Virus record (IMG/VR): IMGVR_UViG_3300027754_000074
DNA from: an uncultured virus (IMG/VR IMGVR_UViG_3300027754_000074)
Taxonomy: Duplodnaviria; Heunggongvirae; Uroviricota; Caudoviricetes
Direction: 5' to 3' (one strand)
Length of the DNA stretch: 64,000 bases
Part shown: one piece after another, positions 1 through 9,359 of the stretch
Position numbering within the stretch: the first letter of the stretch is position 1
Layout of the letters: the number at the start of each line of letters is the position of its first letter
Notes under the pieces: model-generated
Databases searched by the model: none
What the model saw: the letters and a program-made list of their open reading frames with translations, nothing else
Told to the model about the DNA's origin: nothing
Position numbers and translations under genes: made by a program

Positions 1-771
1 AAACACATCGAAGCCGTCTACCAAGCGGCCCACGCGGCATGGCCGGCGAAGTGGGCGCAGGCTGCAATCCTCGACGTGAGCCTACTCCGGCGTGCTTGCG
101 AGAAGGCAGGCGTCGCCATCGACCGCGTGAAATCAAACCCCCGCCACACCGCCGCTCGCCGCAACCACCATATCCGCGTCGGCGGCACGTTCTACACGCC
201 GGGCGGGCGTCGGGGCACCGTGCTCGCGGAGGCACGCGGCGGGTACTACCGGGTACGCTGGTCGGACGGTACTGTGGGAACCGTGCAGGATAACGAATGG
301 GCCGCCTACCCTACCGCCGGGAGCCGGGCGAACCCCGCTACGCAGCTTCCCACAAAGGTCGGAGAAACGGTAAGCCTATCGGGATCGGGCGGAACGCTTC
401 ATGTGACGAAGACGAAGCGGAACGAATACCACGCGGCGGTTTCGGGCACCCGCTCCGCGACGTGGGGGCCGAGCGGCACACGCTGGGGAAACGCCCAAGA
501 AATGCAGGAAGATATTGCAAACTGGCTCCGAATGGGGGCTCTCCCTTTTTCGGGGGGCAACGTGCATAACCCTCGCTCGAACGGGCGGAAGACGTTTCGT
601 GTGCGCTTTCACTCCGCCGTAGGGCAAGGCTCCCGACTAAAGCAGGTTGTAGAGCGTTGGGGCGGAAAGGTCGGCGGGGGCGGAGTAGCTACGTTCTACG
701 GTGCCGACGATGCCGAACACGCCATGCGCCAAGCGGAAGGCTGGGGTATCGCAGGTGAGGTAATCAAGTAA
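1..771 (+). CDS. 5'-truncated multidomain protein with RxNP linkers
   Basis: Frame of ORF 76..771 is open back to base 1; contains KSNP, RRNH, RANP, HNPRSNG. Confidence 0.75.
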   Translation, partial: KHIEAVYQAAHAAWPAKWAQAAILDVSLLRRACEKAGVAIDRVKSNPRHTAARRNHHIRVGGTFYTPGGRRGTVLAEARGGYYRVRWSDGTVGTVQDNEWAAYPTAGSRANPATQLPTKVGETVSLSGSGGTLHVTKTKRNEYHAAVSGTRSATWGPSGTRWGNAQEMQEDIANWLRMGALPFSGGNVHNPRSNGRKTFRVRFHSAVGQGSRLKQVVERWGGKVGGGGVATFYGADDAEHAMRQAEGWGIAGEVIK

Positions 772-773
772 CC

Positions 774-1097
774 ATGCGCTCCCCGTCCTTCCGCCATTCT
801 ACCGAGGTACAGACCGTCCTTTTCGACGTGTCGGCGTTTACGCCGGCTACGGCGAAGACGTGGGCGCGGTCGCACGGTTTCCGGGCTCCGGCGGGGGACG
901 TGACCGCCCGCTACATCCGCCTCCGGCAGCGGGATCCGTCCGCGTACCGGGCGGGCACCTTCCGGACGATCACCCTGACCGATGGCGTGCAGGCGGTCGT
1001 CGGCGTGCCGAAGACCGGCGGGAATCTGAAGCCCCGTAAGAATCCTCCCGCTTCCCCCGCCGTGCTCGCGGCTAACGGGCACCGGGGGCGAGCGTGA
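774..1097 (+). CDS. Hypothetical protein; same domain as the C-terminus of the SNF2 ORF
   Basis: VQTVLF..W..SHGF..RLRQ..GTFRTITLTDGVQAVVG; ends with PRKNP. Confidence 0.8.
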   Translation: MRSPSFRHSTEVQTVLFDVSAFTPATAKTWARSHGFRAPAGDVTARYIRLRQRDPSAYRAGTFRTITLTDGVQAVVGVPKTGGNLKPRKNPPASPAVLAANGHRGRA

Positions 1098-2836
1098 CCC
1101 CCGGCTTTCAAGCGATCATCGCCGACGCTGCTGGGGCTGGCCTCACGGTCAAGCCGTATGGGGCGTCTGCTGTCATCGTCACCGGCAAGAAGGATAAACG
1201 CTTCAAGAAGGCGCAGTATTCTGTAGCCGTGATCCTCTGGGAGTCGGGGTGGGCGCAAGACGCGACCATCGATCTGGCCCATTCGCGCCTCGTTCGCCGC
1301 TTGCCCGAAGTTCGGGCGATGCTGGGGTTGCCCGCCGCTCCCGCTGCAAGTACCCGCCCCGATCTTGACGCCCGTGCCGCTGACCTGTTTGCGCGAATTG
1401 ACGAGGATAGGAAGCCCCGCAAGAACGCCGCCCCTCCCGAATATGTGCTGTGGGGCTTGCCAAAGGGCGCGACTGACGCTCTCCACCAGAAAATCCTATA
1501 TACGCAGGGGAAGACGATGGCGGATGTAGAGCGCGTCAAGAGGGCGGCGTCTCTCGACGGCTGGCACACGTTCCGGGTACAAACCCTCGACCTGTCGCAA
1601 CCGTTCAACGCGGGCGCGGCGTTCGCCGGAAGCGTTCGCAAGAACGCCGGGGGCTCGACGCGCCCGACGCGCACCGCACAGGTAACCGCCTACCTCGCGG
1701 CGCACGGCTTCCCCGGTCTGAAGCTCCACAAAGGCAACGGCTATCTCTACGTCAGCGGGGGCGGCTCCGAGACGTGGCCGGAAACCTCCGTAATGACCTA
1801 CCGCGTGAGCGATCAAACCCTCGATCAATGGCTATCCGATGTTCGCCGCTTGGCGGGCGGAGCGCGCCGCAACGGAAGCCTATCCGCCGCCCGCGCCCGC
1901 CTGCTGGCCGCGCAGGAGGCTTACGCCCTGCTCCGCCGCCACCACGGCGGTAGTATGATCGGCTGGGCGGAGTACAAACGCACCGTCGCCCGGATGTCGC
2001 CGGAGGCGATTTTGGCGGAGGCCCGCGAAGACGTGAACCGCCAAAACCCCCGCCGCAACACCGGCGCGGGGGCGCACTACGAAGAGGCGCGCACCGCAAT
2101 CCGGCGCGCAATTGCGGCTCGCGGAGCCCCCGACTACGACGCCCGCTACGTCGAGGCCGCGCACGCCCTGAATCGGGCGGAGCGCCACCGGGAGCAGACC
2201 GCCGCGTTTTTGGCCCCCCGTGGGAGCGTAGTCACCCCCCCGATGGCGACACATCACCCGTGGCGGCGGAACGCCGGGTATTCCCGGTCTACGCGCCCGC
2301 AGGTAACTTGCCCGAAATGCTACGGGGCGAAGCGGTTTTCCCCTTACGCGCATATCGCGGAGGGTATCTGTTTCACCTGTGGCGGAGCGGGGACGGTAGA
2401 CGAAACGAAGGAACGGGGCGGGACAATTACAACCCCGACCCCCGTAGCGAGCAAAACGGTGACCTTGCCGGGCTTCGGACAAGTGACGGTCACACGCAGC
2501 GCGGGTAGTCGCGGGAGCTTCAGAGCGGATTTTCCCTACGATTCAGACGCCTACGGGGGCGTGGTGTATTTCAACGTCCGCGACGGGCGCGTAGTGGACG
2601 CGGACACGGACAACTTTTCACCAAGCTACAAAGGCCAAAAAGCGGAGATCGTAGCGGGTTTGCAAGCCGCCCTGAAGCCCCGCCAGAATCCCCGCCGCAA
2701 CGGCGCGGAGCGCGTCACCGTGCCCGGAATGGGTACGGGCGTAGTCGTCGCGCACCGTCCCGGCGGGATGTGCGATATTCGCCTCTCCGGCGGGCAGGTA
2801 GTCCGCAAATCAAAATCCACCCTGAAGCCCGCGTAG
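1094..2836 (+). CDS. RxN-punctuated polyprotein including a CxxCxG zinc finger
   Basis: 580 aa; RKNA, RKNA, RRNG, RQNPRRNT, RRNA, RQNPRRNG; CPKCYG...CFTCGG. Confidence 0.85.
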   Translation: MTPGFQAIIADAAGAGLTVKPYGASAVIVTGKKDKRFKKAQYSVAVILWESGWAQDATIDLAHSRLVRRLPEVRAMLGLPAAPAASTRPDLDARAADLFARIDEDRKPRKNAAPPEYVLWGLPKGATDALHQKILYTQGKTMADVERVKRAASLDGWHTFRVQTLDLSQPFNAGAAFAGSVRKNAGGSTRPTRTAQVTAYLAAHGFPGLKLHKGNGYLYVSGGGSETWPETSVMTYRVSDQTLDQWLSDVRRLAGGARRNGSLSAARARLLAAQEAYALLRRHHGGSMIGWAEYKRTVARMSPEAILAEAREDVNRQNPRRNTGAGAHYEEARTAIRRAIAARGAPDYDARYVEAAHALNRAERHREQTAAFLAPRGSVVTPPMATHHPWRRNAGYSRSTRPQVTCPKCYGAKRFSPYAHIAEGICFTCGGAGTVDETKERGGTITTPTPVASKTVTLPGFGQVTVTRSAGSRGSFRADFPYDSDAYGGVVYFNVRDGRVVDADTDNFSPSYKGQKAEIVAGLQAALKPRQNPRRNGAERVTVPGMGTGVVVAHRPGGMCDIRLSGGQVVRKSKSTLKPA

Positions 2837-2852
2837 GGATAGAGTCTTCGCC

Positions 2853-4256
2853 ATGCTGAATATCGCCCCCTTTCGTACCGCCTTGCAAGGCGTCCGATCC
2901 GAATCCGGAGAGCGGAACGCCGTGCAGCGTGTCCTCGACGCGAGCGGACACCGGAAGCTCCCGACCACCGAGCGCACCACGCTCGATGATGGGCGCTCCG
3001 CCCGCGTCTACCTGTGGCGCAACGTCGGCGCGACCGGCTGCGCCGTGGCGCTGATCGCTGGCCCCGAAGTGGTGGGCGACGTGCGCGTACTCTACCCGCA
3101 CACCGGCGGCTCAAAAGGCAACCTCTACGTCCCGGCGACCGGGAATAGCCCCGCCCTGACCGATTCCAAGACGGCCCGGCACAATCCCGCCGGGGGCGCA
3201 AGCTCCCTGAAGGCGCTTACCGCCACCGTTATGGGGCACGCGGGCGAGCAGGGGCAGGTCAACGCGGTAATCCGCGCCTTGGCGAGCCACGGCTACGCCG
3301 CCGCCGACCGCCCGGAGGTACACTCGACCACCGTTGACCGGTCAACGTACCGGATCTACCTGTGGCGGGACACCCCCTACGGCGATCACCTTGTCCTCTC
3401 GACCGGGCCGAGCTTCGAGCCGGCGTTGGCGCTCGCTTCGCAGATCCCGGCGGATCCGGGCGTCGGTTTCTACGTCAAGGCGCTGGTAGACAAGAGCCCG
3501 CGCACGCTGGCCGGAGCGAGCCGCGTAGCCTCCCGCGCCATGCCGAAGCCGACCCCGGCGGCGGAAGTGGCGACCGAGCGCGTAGCCCGCAAGGTGCGGA
3601 TCCCGAAGGCGAAGGTAGCGGAAGCCGCCGCCGCCGTGGCGGAGGCGGAGAACGCCCCCACCGTGACCGTGGCGCACGTCGAAGCCGTCGAAGAGGCCGC
3701 CGGGAACGGATGGGTGCCCTCCGCCGGCTTGACCGACGCGCAGGTAACGGCACGCGACATCGCCCGCGCCCGTGGGCGCAAGCTGTCTCAGGACGCCGAG
3801 GCGCAGCGGATTCAAGCTGTGGCAGACGAAGCGGCTACGACCATGCGGCGGATGCTGCTGAGTGGTAGCACCAGTCCCGCCGCGCAGAACAAGGCGGCGG
3901 ATGTAGTCGCAGAAGCCCGCGAGAAAATCCGTTCGATGATCGCTGGCAAAAGCGGCGGTCGCAAACACGATCTTCAGCGAATCGAAGACGGTTTGGTAAC
4001 GGAATTCAAGCGGATCCTCGCCATCGCGCAAGAAGACGAAGCGGCGAAGGTGGCAGCACGGGCGAAGCAGGCCGCCGAGCAGGACGCTTTGGAAGCGGCG
4101 CGGGCGGCAGAGCGCGAGGCGGCTTTAGTGAAGGCTCCGAAGGCTCCCCGCGCCCCGAAGGCGGCGAAGGCGGCCCCCCCTGTAGACGCCGCCGCTGCGG
4201 CGCGTGAGATGCAAGAGATGATTCAAGCCCTCCGGGCTATGCGAGGCGCATCGTGA
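2853..4256 (+). CDS. Hypothetical protein: duplicated N-terminal domain split by RHNP, Ala/Lys-rich helical tail
   Basis: NAVQRVL..RVYLWRN and NAVIRAL..RIYLWRD repeats. Confidence 0.85.
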   Translation: MLNIAPFRTALQGVRSESGERNAVQRVLDASGHRKLPTTERTTLDDGRSARVYLWRNVGATGCAVALIAGPEVVGDVRVLYPHTGGSKGNLYVPATGNSPALTDSKTARHNPAGGASSLKALTATVMGHAGEQGQVNAVIRALASHGYAAADRPEVHSTTVDRSTYRIYLWRDTPYGDHLVLSTGPSFEPALALASQIPADPGVGFYVKALVDKSPRTLAGASRVASRAMPKPTPAAEVATERVARKVRIPKAKVAEAAAAVAEAENAPTVTVAHVEAVEEAAGNGWVPSAGLTDAQVTARDIARARGRKLSQDAEAQRIQAVADEAATTMRRMLLSGSTSPAAQNKAADVVAEAREKIRSMIAGKSGGRKHDLQRIEDGLVTEFKRILAIAQEDEAAKVAARAKQAAEQDALEAARAAEREAALVKAPKAPRAPKAAKAAPPVDAAAAAREMQEMIQALRAMRGAS

Positions 4257-4555
4257 AGCTCCACAATCGTTTTTACCGGCATAATCCTATGGGGCTCGAC
4301 GATGTGATCGTGATCGCCCGGAAGATGGGCAAACTGAACCTCGCCGCTCTATTGGAGCAGGGCGGGCCTATGGCGGATGCCTTGCTCGCGGAAATCAACG
4401 CCGTGCTCGACGCCCCCGCCCCCGCCCCGCAGCGGGCGCTCACCGACCGCGAGGCGTGGCTGGAGCTTGCTTCCCTTGTCCCGCAGGCGTTCGCGGATCA
4501 ACCGGAAGCGGTGCAGAGCGCGCTGGTACGGGCGTTCCGCCAACAGGCGGCGTGA
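4253..4555 (+). CDS. Hypothetical protein (RHNP near N-terminus)
   Basis: GTGA overlap with previous stop. Confidence 0.65.
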   Translation: MKLHNRFYRHNPMGLDDVIVIARKMGKLNLAALLEQGGPMADALLAEINAVLDAPAPAPQRALTDREAWLELASLVPQAFADQPEAVQSALVRAFRQQAA

Positions 4556-4556
4556 C

Positions 4557-5012
4557 ATGGCAAAAGAACGCTTGATCCTTTCCCACGAAGCGAGACGCCA
4601 GATCGAGGCCGACGTGCAGGCTTTCATGGCAGACATGGAAGCGGCGGCGCGGCGTATGCCGGGGGCGTCCGTGTCGGCGTATGGGGGTTCATACGCCTCC
4701 GCCGGGTGGACGAAGACCCCGAAAAAGATCGAGGTGCCCGACATTTACGGCGCTGTTGACCTGAATAGTAACAACTACGTTGTCCTGTCGGCGTACATCG
4801 CGCCCGATTGGAACGCGGTGGATCGCGGGCAGCTTGCCTACATCCTGACCGTGTTCCAAGGCGGCACGTCTCGCAATTCCAAGGCAGCGCCCTACGTCCG
4901 GGCGCACGTCGCTCCCGGCGACCGGGTGGGCGGGTACATTTCGGATGCCTACGCGCAGGCGCTCGAAGCCTACCCCGTGCTGCGGAAAAACACCCGCCGC
5001 CATGCGCGCTAA
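4557..5012 (+). CDS. Hypothetical protein
   Basis: ATG just after upstream stop; ends LRKNTRRHAR. Confidence 0.7.
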   Translation: MAKERLILSHEARRQIEADVQAFMADMEAAARRMPGASVSAYGGSYASAGWTKTPKKIEVPDIYGAVDLNSNNYVVLSAYIAPDWNAVDRGQLAYILTVFQGGTSRNSKAAPYVRAHVAPGDRVGGYISDAYAQALEAYPVLRKNTRRHAR

Positions 5013-5049
5013 CCCCGCCCGTTCGCGGAATCCGAGCAAGGAGGCATAC

Positions 5050-5634
5050 ATGCGCCGCAACCCCATCCTAACGGACGTTCGCACGCTCACACGCGGGAAA
5101 CGGGATCGCTACCTGTACCCCGTGTGGAATATGATGGTTCTAAGTTACAAAGACATCGGCGTGCCCCACCAACACCCCGACGAGCTTTTGGCGGATTACG
5201 CGGTATGGGAAGTGGGTTTCGACGCGGACAAAGTGCCGCGCTCGTTCAACCTGTCTAAGCGTACTCCGAGGGGTCTGAAAAGCGCGGCGTCCGGATCGGA
5301 CGGTACGCTCGACGGGCGCGACACGATCAAGCACGGTATCGCCACCCGGTTTTTCAAGCCGGGGGTTTACGGCGAGGTATCCGAAAAGGTGGAGCGGATC
5401 GCAGCGCGAGCGGGAGCGCCCGCCGTATGCGCGTCCGAGGCGGGGCACGTTATCGGAAAATTCGTGTCCCCCGCCGACGACGGGCTGCATTACCGGCGCA
5501 TGATCACCGGCGTCGGGGAGCATACGAAGGTGCTTATGGGCCGCCCGAAGGGCACGCCCACAACGAGCTACGCGGAGCCGCATTGTCCCGTGCCGAACCC
5601 TAAGCGCAAGCGGCGGAAGCGCCGTGCGTGCTAA
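5050..5634 (+). CDS. Hypothetical phage protein, MRRNP start, basic tail
   Basis: AAGGAGG RBS before ATG 5050 (alternative start 5002, MRANP); ends PNPKRKRRKRRAC. Confidence 0.8.
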   Translation: MRRNPILTDVRTLTRGKRDRYLYPVWNMMVLSYKDIGVPHQHPDELLADYAVWEVGFDADKVPRSFNLSKRTPRGLKSAASGSDGTLDGRDTIKHGIATRFFKPGVYGEVSEKVERIAARAGAPAVCASEAGHVIGKFVSPADDGLHYRRMITGVGEHTKVLMGRPKGTPTTSYAEPHCPVPNPKRKRRKRRAC

Positions 5635-6469
5635 CCCCGCCCGCTTCGAGGCGTTCGCCTCCGCTCCGCTGCGGGCGTGGCTCGCCGTGCCCGCGCACGC
5701 GGCGGAGGTGCGCGCTATCGTCGCCGCGCCCGCCCGCGAGTACCGCTACGGCGCGCAGTTTCGCCCGCCCGGCTACGCCACGGTGCCGAACGGTTTTATC
5801 CGCATAGACCCTCCGGTAGAGGGAGAACGGCAGACACGGCACGGGGTCGTCGTCTACGATCACCCGCTGACGCAGGAAGAGGTCACCGGCTATGAGCTTG
5901 TCCCCTATATGCCGCTCGATGAAGTGGTGTCGCGCCTGTACGATGCCGTTTCGAGATACGGGGACGCCTACGCCGAATCGATCCGGAAAGGCGACGTGGC
6001 GCTACTACGCTCCCCCCTTGGCTCTCGCTTCGACCGGCTGAAAGTCTACACCGATGTCCCCTACGAGCATATCGTACCGATGGTCGCGGATGAGATCCTA
6101 CGGAGGCACCCCGCGCCCCGCTCCGGGCCGTTTCAGGTCGTGGTGCAAATCTCTAAGGGCTTCCGAGACGAAATGGACGCCCTCGAATCGGACACCTACG
6201 ATCCGCGCAGCAGCAGCGCAGCGCACGGCGAATTTGCCGACGCCGTGGTGGCTTCGCGGGGCGGCGTGCTGACGTTGACCGAGGGGGCGGCGCGGTACGC
6301 CGTCTCCCCGAATGGGGCGCTCCACAACAGCATTGACATATGGACGGATCAAGAAAAGCAAGCCCGCAATAAAGCGAATACGCGAGCGCGGCTGAAAGGC
6401 TGGATCGCGGAAGCGAAAGCCTTGGACGCTACGATCACGGCGGCGCTCCGCGACCACAAAGGGGCGTAG
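5624..6469 (+). CDS. Protein with DarA C-terminal-like domain and MRANP leader
   Basis: YRYGAQFRPPGYATVP...HGVVVYDHPLTQEEVTGYELVP resembles DarA_C. Confidence 0.7.
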   Translation: MRANPARFEAFASAPLRAWLAVPAHAAEVRAIVAAPAREYRYGAQFRPPGYATVPNGFIRIDPPVEGERQTRHGVVVYDHPLTQEEVTGYELVPYMPLDEVVSRLYDAVSRYGDAYAESIRKGDVALLRSPLGSRFDRLKVYTDVPYEHIVPMVADEILRRHPAPRSGPFQVVVQISKGFRDEMDALESDTYDPRSSSAAHGEFADAVVASRGGVLTLTEGAARYAVSPNGALHNSIDIWTDQEKQARNKANTRARLKGWIAEAKALDATITAALRDHKGA

Positions 6470-7773
6470 TGCGCGCTAACCCCGCCCGCTTCGAGGCTTA
6501 CGCCTCCGCTCCGCTGCGGGCGTGGCTCGCCGTGGGAAAGAACGCGGCGCGGGTTGACGCGGTAATCGCAGGTGCGTTAGCATATGCGAAACCGGAGTCT
6601 CGCATGACCGCCCCCGTGAAGTTTGACGCCCCCGCCCTGCGACACCTGACCGTCGAACAGGTAGAGAATTTTCCGGAGGGTACGATCCTCCAAGATGAGG
6701 CGGGCACCCGCGCAATAGTGGGTCGCTACTTCAACCGGGGGCTCCGAATCGAAGCCGCCGGCACGCACGGCACCGACCGCGCCGTGTCGCAGGCGACCGC
6801 TACGGAGATCGCGCAGGGCGGCCCGTGGCGCATCGAGGCATACGCGCCCCGAACAAAATACCTGTCCCGAATCGCGTACATCGACCTCGACGGCACCGGG
6901 AGGAAAATGTGGGTCGCGGTGCCTTCGGCTTCCGAGGCAGCGCGGTACAACAAACAGGCGGAGGCGTGGAAAAAAGCCGGGTATCCGTCCGGATCCGCTC
7001 CGAGCGCACCGGGGGTTTACTACGTCCGACATAAGGGTGTAGAGCACGCGATACATACCAGTTACTTTCACGACGACACGACGGATTGGACGCGGTTGGA
7101 TGCCCGCCCGACGCGCCGGGCGGAAGCCGCAAAGACCGCCGACCGGCGAAAGCTCTCGCCGGGCGCGGAGCGGGCGCTCGAAACGGCGGTACTGTACGTC
7201 CTCCCCGCTCCGGGCGAGTACGCGCTCACCGCCTCTGAGGTAGTGTCGGATGTACTGTCGATATTGACCGAGCACGGGAACGTGTTTTCTCAGATGCGGG
7301 CTGAGAACAAGGTGAGTAGCTACCCGTGGGAAACCGCGTTCACCCCCACCGGCGACGACGCCGCCTTGTTGGAAGCCGCAGAGTACAGCAAACAGGTACA
7401 GACCCGATTGATCGAGGCGTCGTTGCGCCGACTGGTCAAGGCGGAATGGGCGCAAGAGGCGTACAACGCCCGGCAGAAAACCAACGGGTTTACGACGGGC
7501 AAGCACGGTCTGTCTTCCCGCGAGCGCGAGACGGCGATCCGCTCCGGGGATTATATCTCCCCGGCATACGCGGCGGCGGAGAACGCCGAGAAGCGGCTGA
7601 TGCGGAATCATAACTACTACCAGCTTCCGGAATACAAAGCGTTGCAGGCGGCTAAAGACGCCATGAAGCGCGCTTCCGCTACTGTGGCTCACCCGTTCGC
7701 TACCCGTGCCGACGTGCCGGCGCTGGCTGCGGCGGTCGAACACCTGACCACGCTTGCCCGCGAGCTATCGTGA
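6469..7773 (+). CDS. Hypothetical protein with MRANP leader
   Basis: 434 aa; first ~21 aa nearly identical to ORF 5624. Confidence 0.8.
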   Translation: MRANPARFEAYASAPLRAWLAVGKNAARVDAVIAGALAYAKPESRMTAPVKFDAPALRHLTVEQVENFPEGTILQDEAGTRAIVGRYFNRGLRIEAAGTHGTDRAVSQATATEIAQGGPWRIEAYAPRTKYLSRIAYIDLDGTGRKMWVAVPSASEAARYNKQAEAWKKAGYPSGSAPSAPGVYYVRHKGVEHAIHTSYFHDDTTDWTRLDARPTRRAEAAKTADRRKLSPGAERALETAVLYVLPAPGEYALTASEVVSDVLSILTEHGNVFSQMRAENKVSSYPWETAFTPTGDDAALLEAAEYSKQVQTRLIEASLRRLVKAEWAQEAYNARQKTNGFTTGKHGLSSRERETAIRSGDYISPAYAAAENAEKRLMRNHNYYQLPEYKALQAAKDAMKRASATVAHPFATRADVPALAAAVEHLTTLARELS

Positions 7774-7853
7774 CTTGCAGGATGCCCGGAAACGGCCCTC
7801 TACGGGCACACGGGCTCGAATCCGGGTGCTACCCTACCTCGCCCCTTTCCGAT

Positions 7854-7895
7854 AGCTTCCCCGATTATTCTACCGGTGTAAATATGTCCGATACC
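7854..7895. repeat. 42-bp palindrome family, copy 1 (left arm and core)
   Basis: AGCTTCCCCGATTATTCT-ACCGGT. Confidence 0.8.
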
Positions 7896-8531
7896 TCTAC
7901 GCTGAAAGGCACGCGCTTTCCGAAGCTCACCGAAAAACAGAAAGCCTCCCTGCTTCACGTTTGGCGCTACACGCTGAAGGGGCGCGAGCGGACGCCCGAC
8001 GCCGCCTTTTGGGAGAGTTACGGGATAGGAGATTACTCGACCGATAAGCACGTCCCGTTGCCTACCGCGAAGGCGTTGGAAAAGCAGGGGCTCGCCCGTG
8101 TCCGCGTCCATGATTCGTATCATTGGGTAACGGTAGCCCCCTTCAGGGATACCCGCTACGGACACAAAAAAGTGCGCGTGATAGATCACAGCGTCAAACT
8201 GACCCCCGAAGGGGAAGCGTTCGCGGCGGCATTGACCGCCCCCCGCCGCAACCCGTCCTCGAACGATCCGGGCCTGACCGTAGCGAAGCTGAAGCTCCGG
8301 CGGATCGCCCCCGGACACTATGAGCACGTCAACAAGGCTACGGGTACGACGTGGGAGATTTTCCACCGTACCCGCGAGTACCGGGGCGAAAACGAGTGGG
8401 TCTATTTTCGGACTGACGTTGAATGGGGTACAAGCACATGGTCGGAGGGCCGGGCGCACGATACTTTTTTCACGAAAGCGGATGCTGTCGAGGCGCTGGT
8501 TGACTATCTGCAAGAGCGAGACGGGCGATGA
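7884..8531 (+). CDS. Two-domain protein (winged-helix-like + RRNP + unknown)
   Basis: PKLTEKQ..LPTAKALEKQGL..LTPEG; start could be 7770. Confidence 0.75.
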   Translation: MSDTSTLKGTRFPKLTEKQKASLLHVWRYTLKGRERTPDAAFWESYGIGDYSTDKHVPLPTAKALEKQGLARVRVHDSYHWVTVAPFRDTRYGHKKVRVIDHSVKLTPEGEAFAAALTAPRRNPSSNDPGLTVAKLKLRRIAPGHYEHVNKATGTTWEIFHRTREYRGENEWVYFRTDVEWGTSTWSEGRAHDTFFTKADAVEALVDYLQERDGR

Positions 8532-9145
8532 AAACGATCTATGTGTACGGGGACGGCGCGGTTTGGAAGCTGTCACCCGCCGACGTTCGCGCTATTGCCC
8601 GTGATAAATCGTGGTACGAAGGCGGAAAGTACCCGCGAGGGAAACAACTCTCCGCGCACCAAAACCTTACGCGCCGTGGCGACTACGGGGCGTGGCGCAG
8701 CCTCCCCGCCGCTTTGTACGCGGATTCGATGGGGCGGCTATCCGCATGGGTGTCGGCAGAAACAGAGGTCTACCATTACGGCGACGACGATCAGATCGTG
8801 GCGGCGTGTGAAGATGCGGTCGCCGCCTCGCCCCGCCGCAACCCGGCACCGCTCCCGAAGCTGACCGAGACGCAGATCGCCGCGCTCCGCTACCTGAGTA
8901 AAGCTCGCTACGCGCCCGGCTGGCGAGACACGGGCAAGCATTGTCGGCTCCCGACCGCCCGCAAGCTGGCATCGCTGGGCTTAGTGGAAGTCAGGGCGGA
9001 AACGCAGCAGGAGCGCGTTTTTACGGGGGGGTTTATCAAAACAGGGCGGCCCGGCGGATCGCAGACGCATATAGATAGCTGGGTTGCGTTCGACGCTCGC
9101 TTGACCCCGCTGGGGAAAGAGACTTTGGCAGGATTGGCCCGATGA
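8528..9145 (+). CDS. Two-domain protein (unknown + RRNP + winged-helix-like)
   Basis: PKLTETQ..LPTARKLASLGL..LTPLG. Confidence 0.75.
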   Translation: MKTIYVYGDGAVWKLSPADVRAIARDKSWYEGGKYPRGKQLSAHQNLTRRGDYGAWRSLPAALYADSMGRLSAWVSAETEVYHYGDDDQIVAACEDAVAASPRRNPAPLPKLTETQIAALRYLSKARYAPGWRDTGKHCRLPTARKLASLGLVEVRAETQQERVFTGGFIKTGRPGGSQTHIDSWVAFDARLTPLGKETLAGLAR

Positions 9146-9173
9146 TTCTCTCGCGCTATACAAGGAAAAACCG

Positions 9174-9359
9174 ATGAAGACCCCCCGTATCGTACCCCCC
9201 GCGAAGCCGTTTGCCGTGGTCGCCCGCGCTATCCGGATCCTCGAATCCCGCTTCGACCGGATCCTCGTTACGGAGCCCGCGTCACCGGCGCGGGCGGCTA
9301 CGTTGCGCGCTCTCGAAGAGCGCCGTACCGCGCTCGCTGATAGTATCGGAGCCTGCTAA
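9174..9359 (+). CDS. Small hypothetical protein
   Basis: AAGGA RBS; TAATG coupling to next gene. Confidence 0.55.
   Translation: MKTPRIVPPAKPFAVVARAIRILESRFDRILVTEPASPARAATLRALEERRTALADSIGAC

Noticed and set aside
4257..4298. Possible eleventh palindrome copy (AGCT..TTTTT-ACCGGC-ATAAT)
   Set aside because: Only about half of the arm positions match and it lies in coding sequence; not counted without a PWM score
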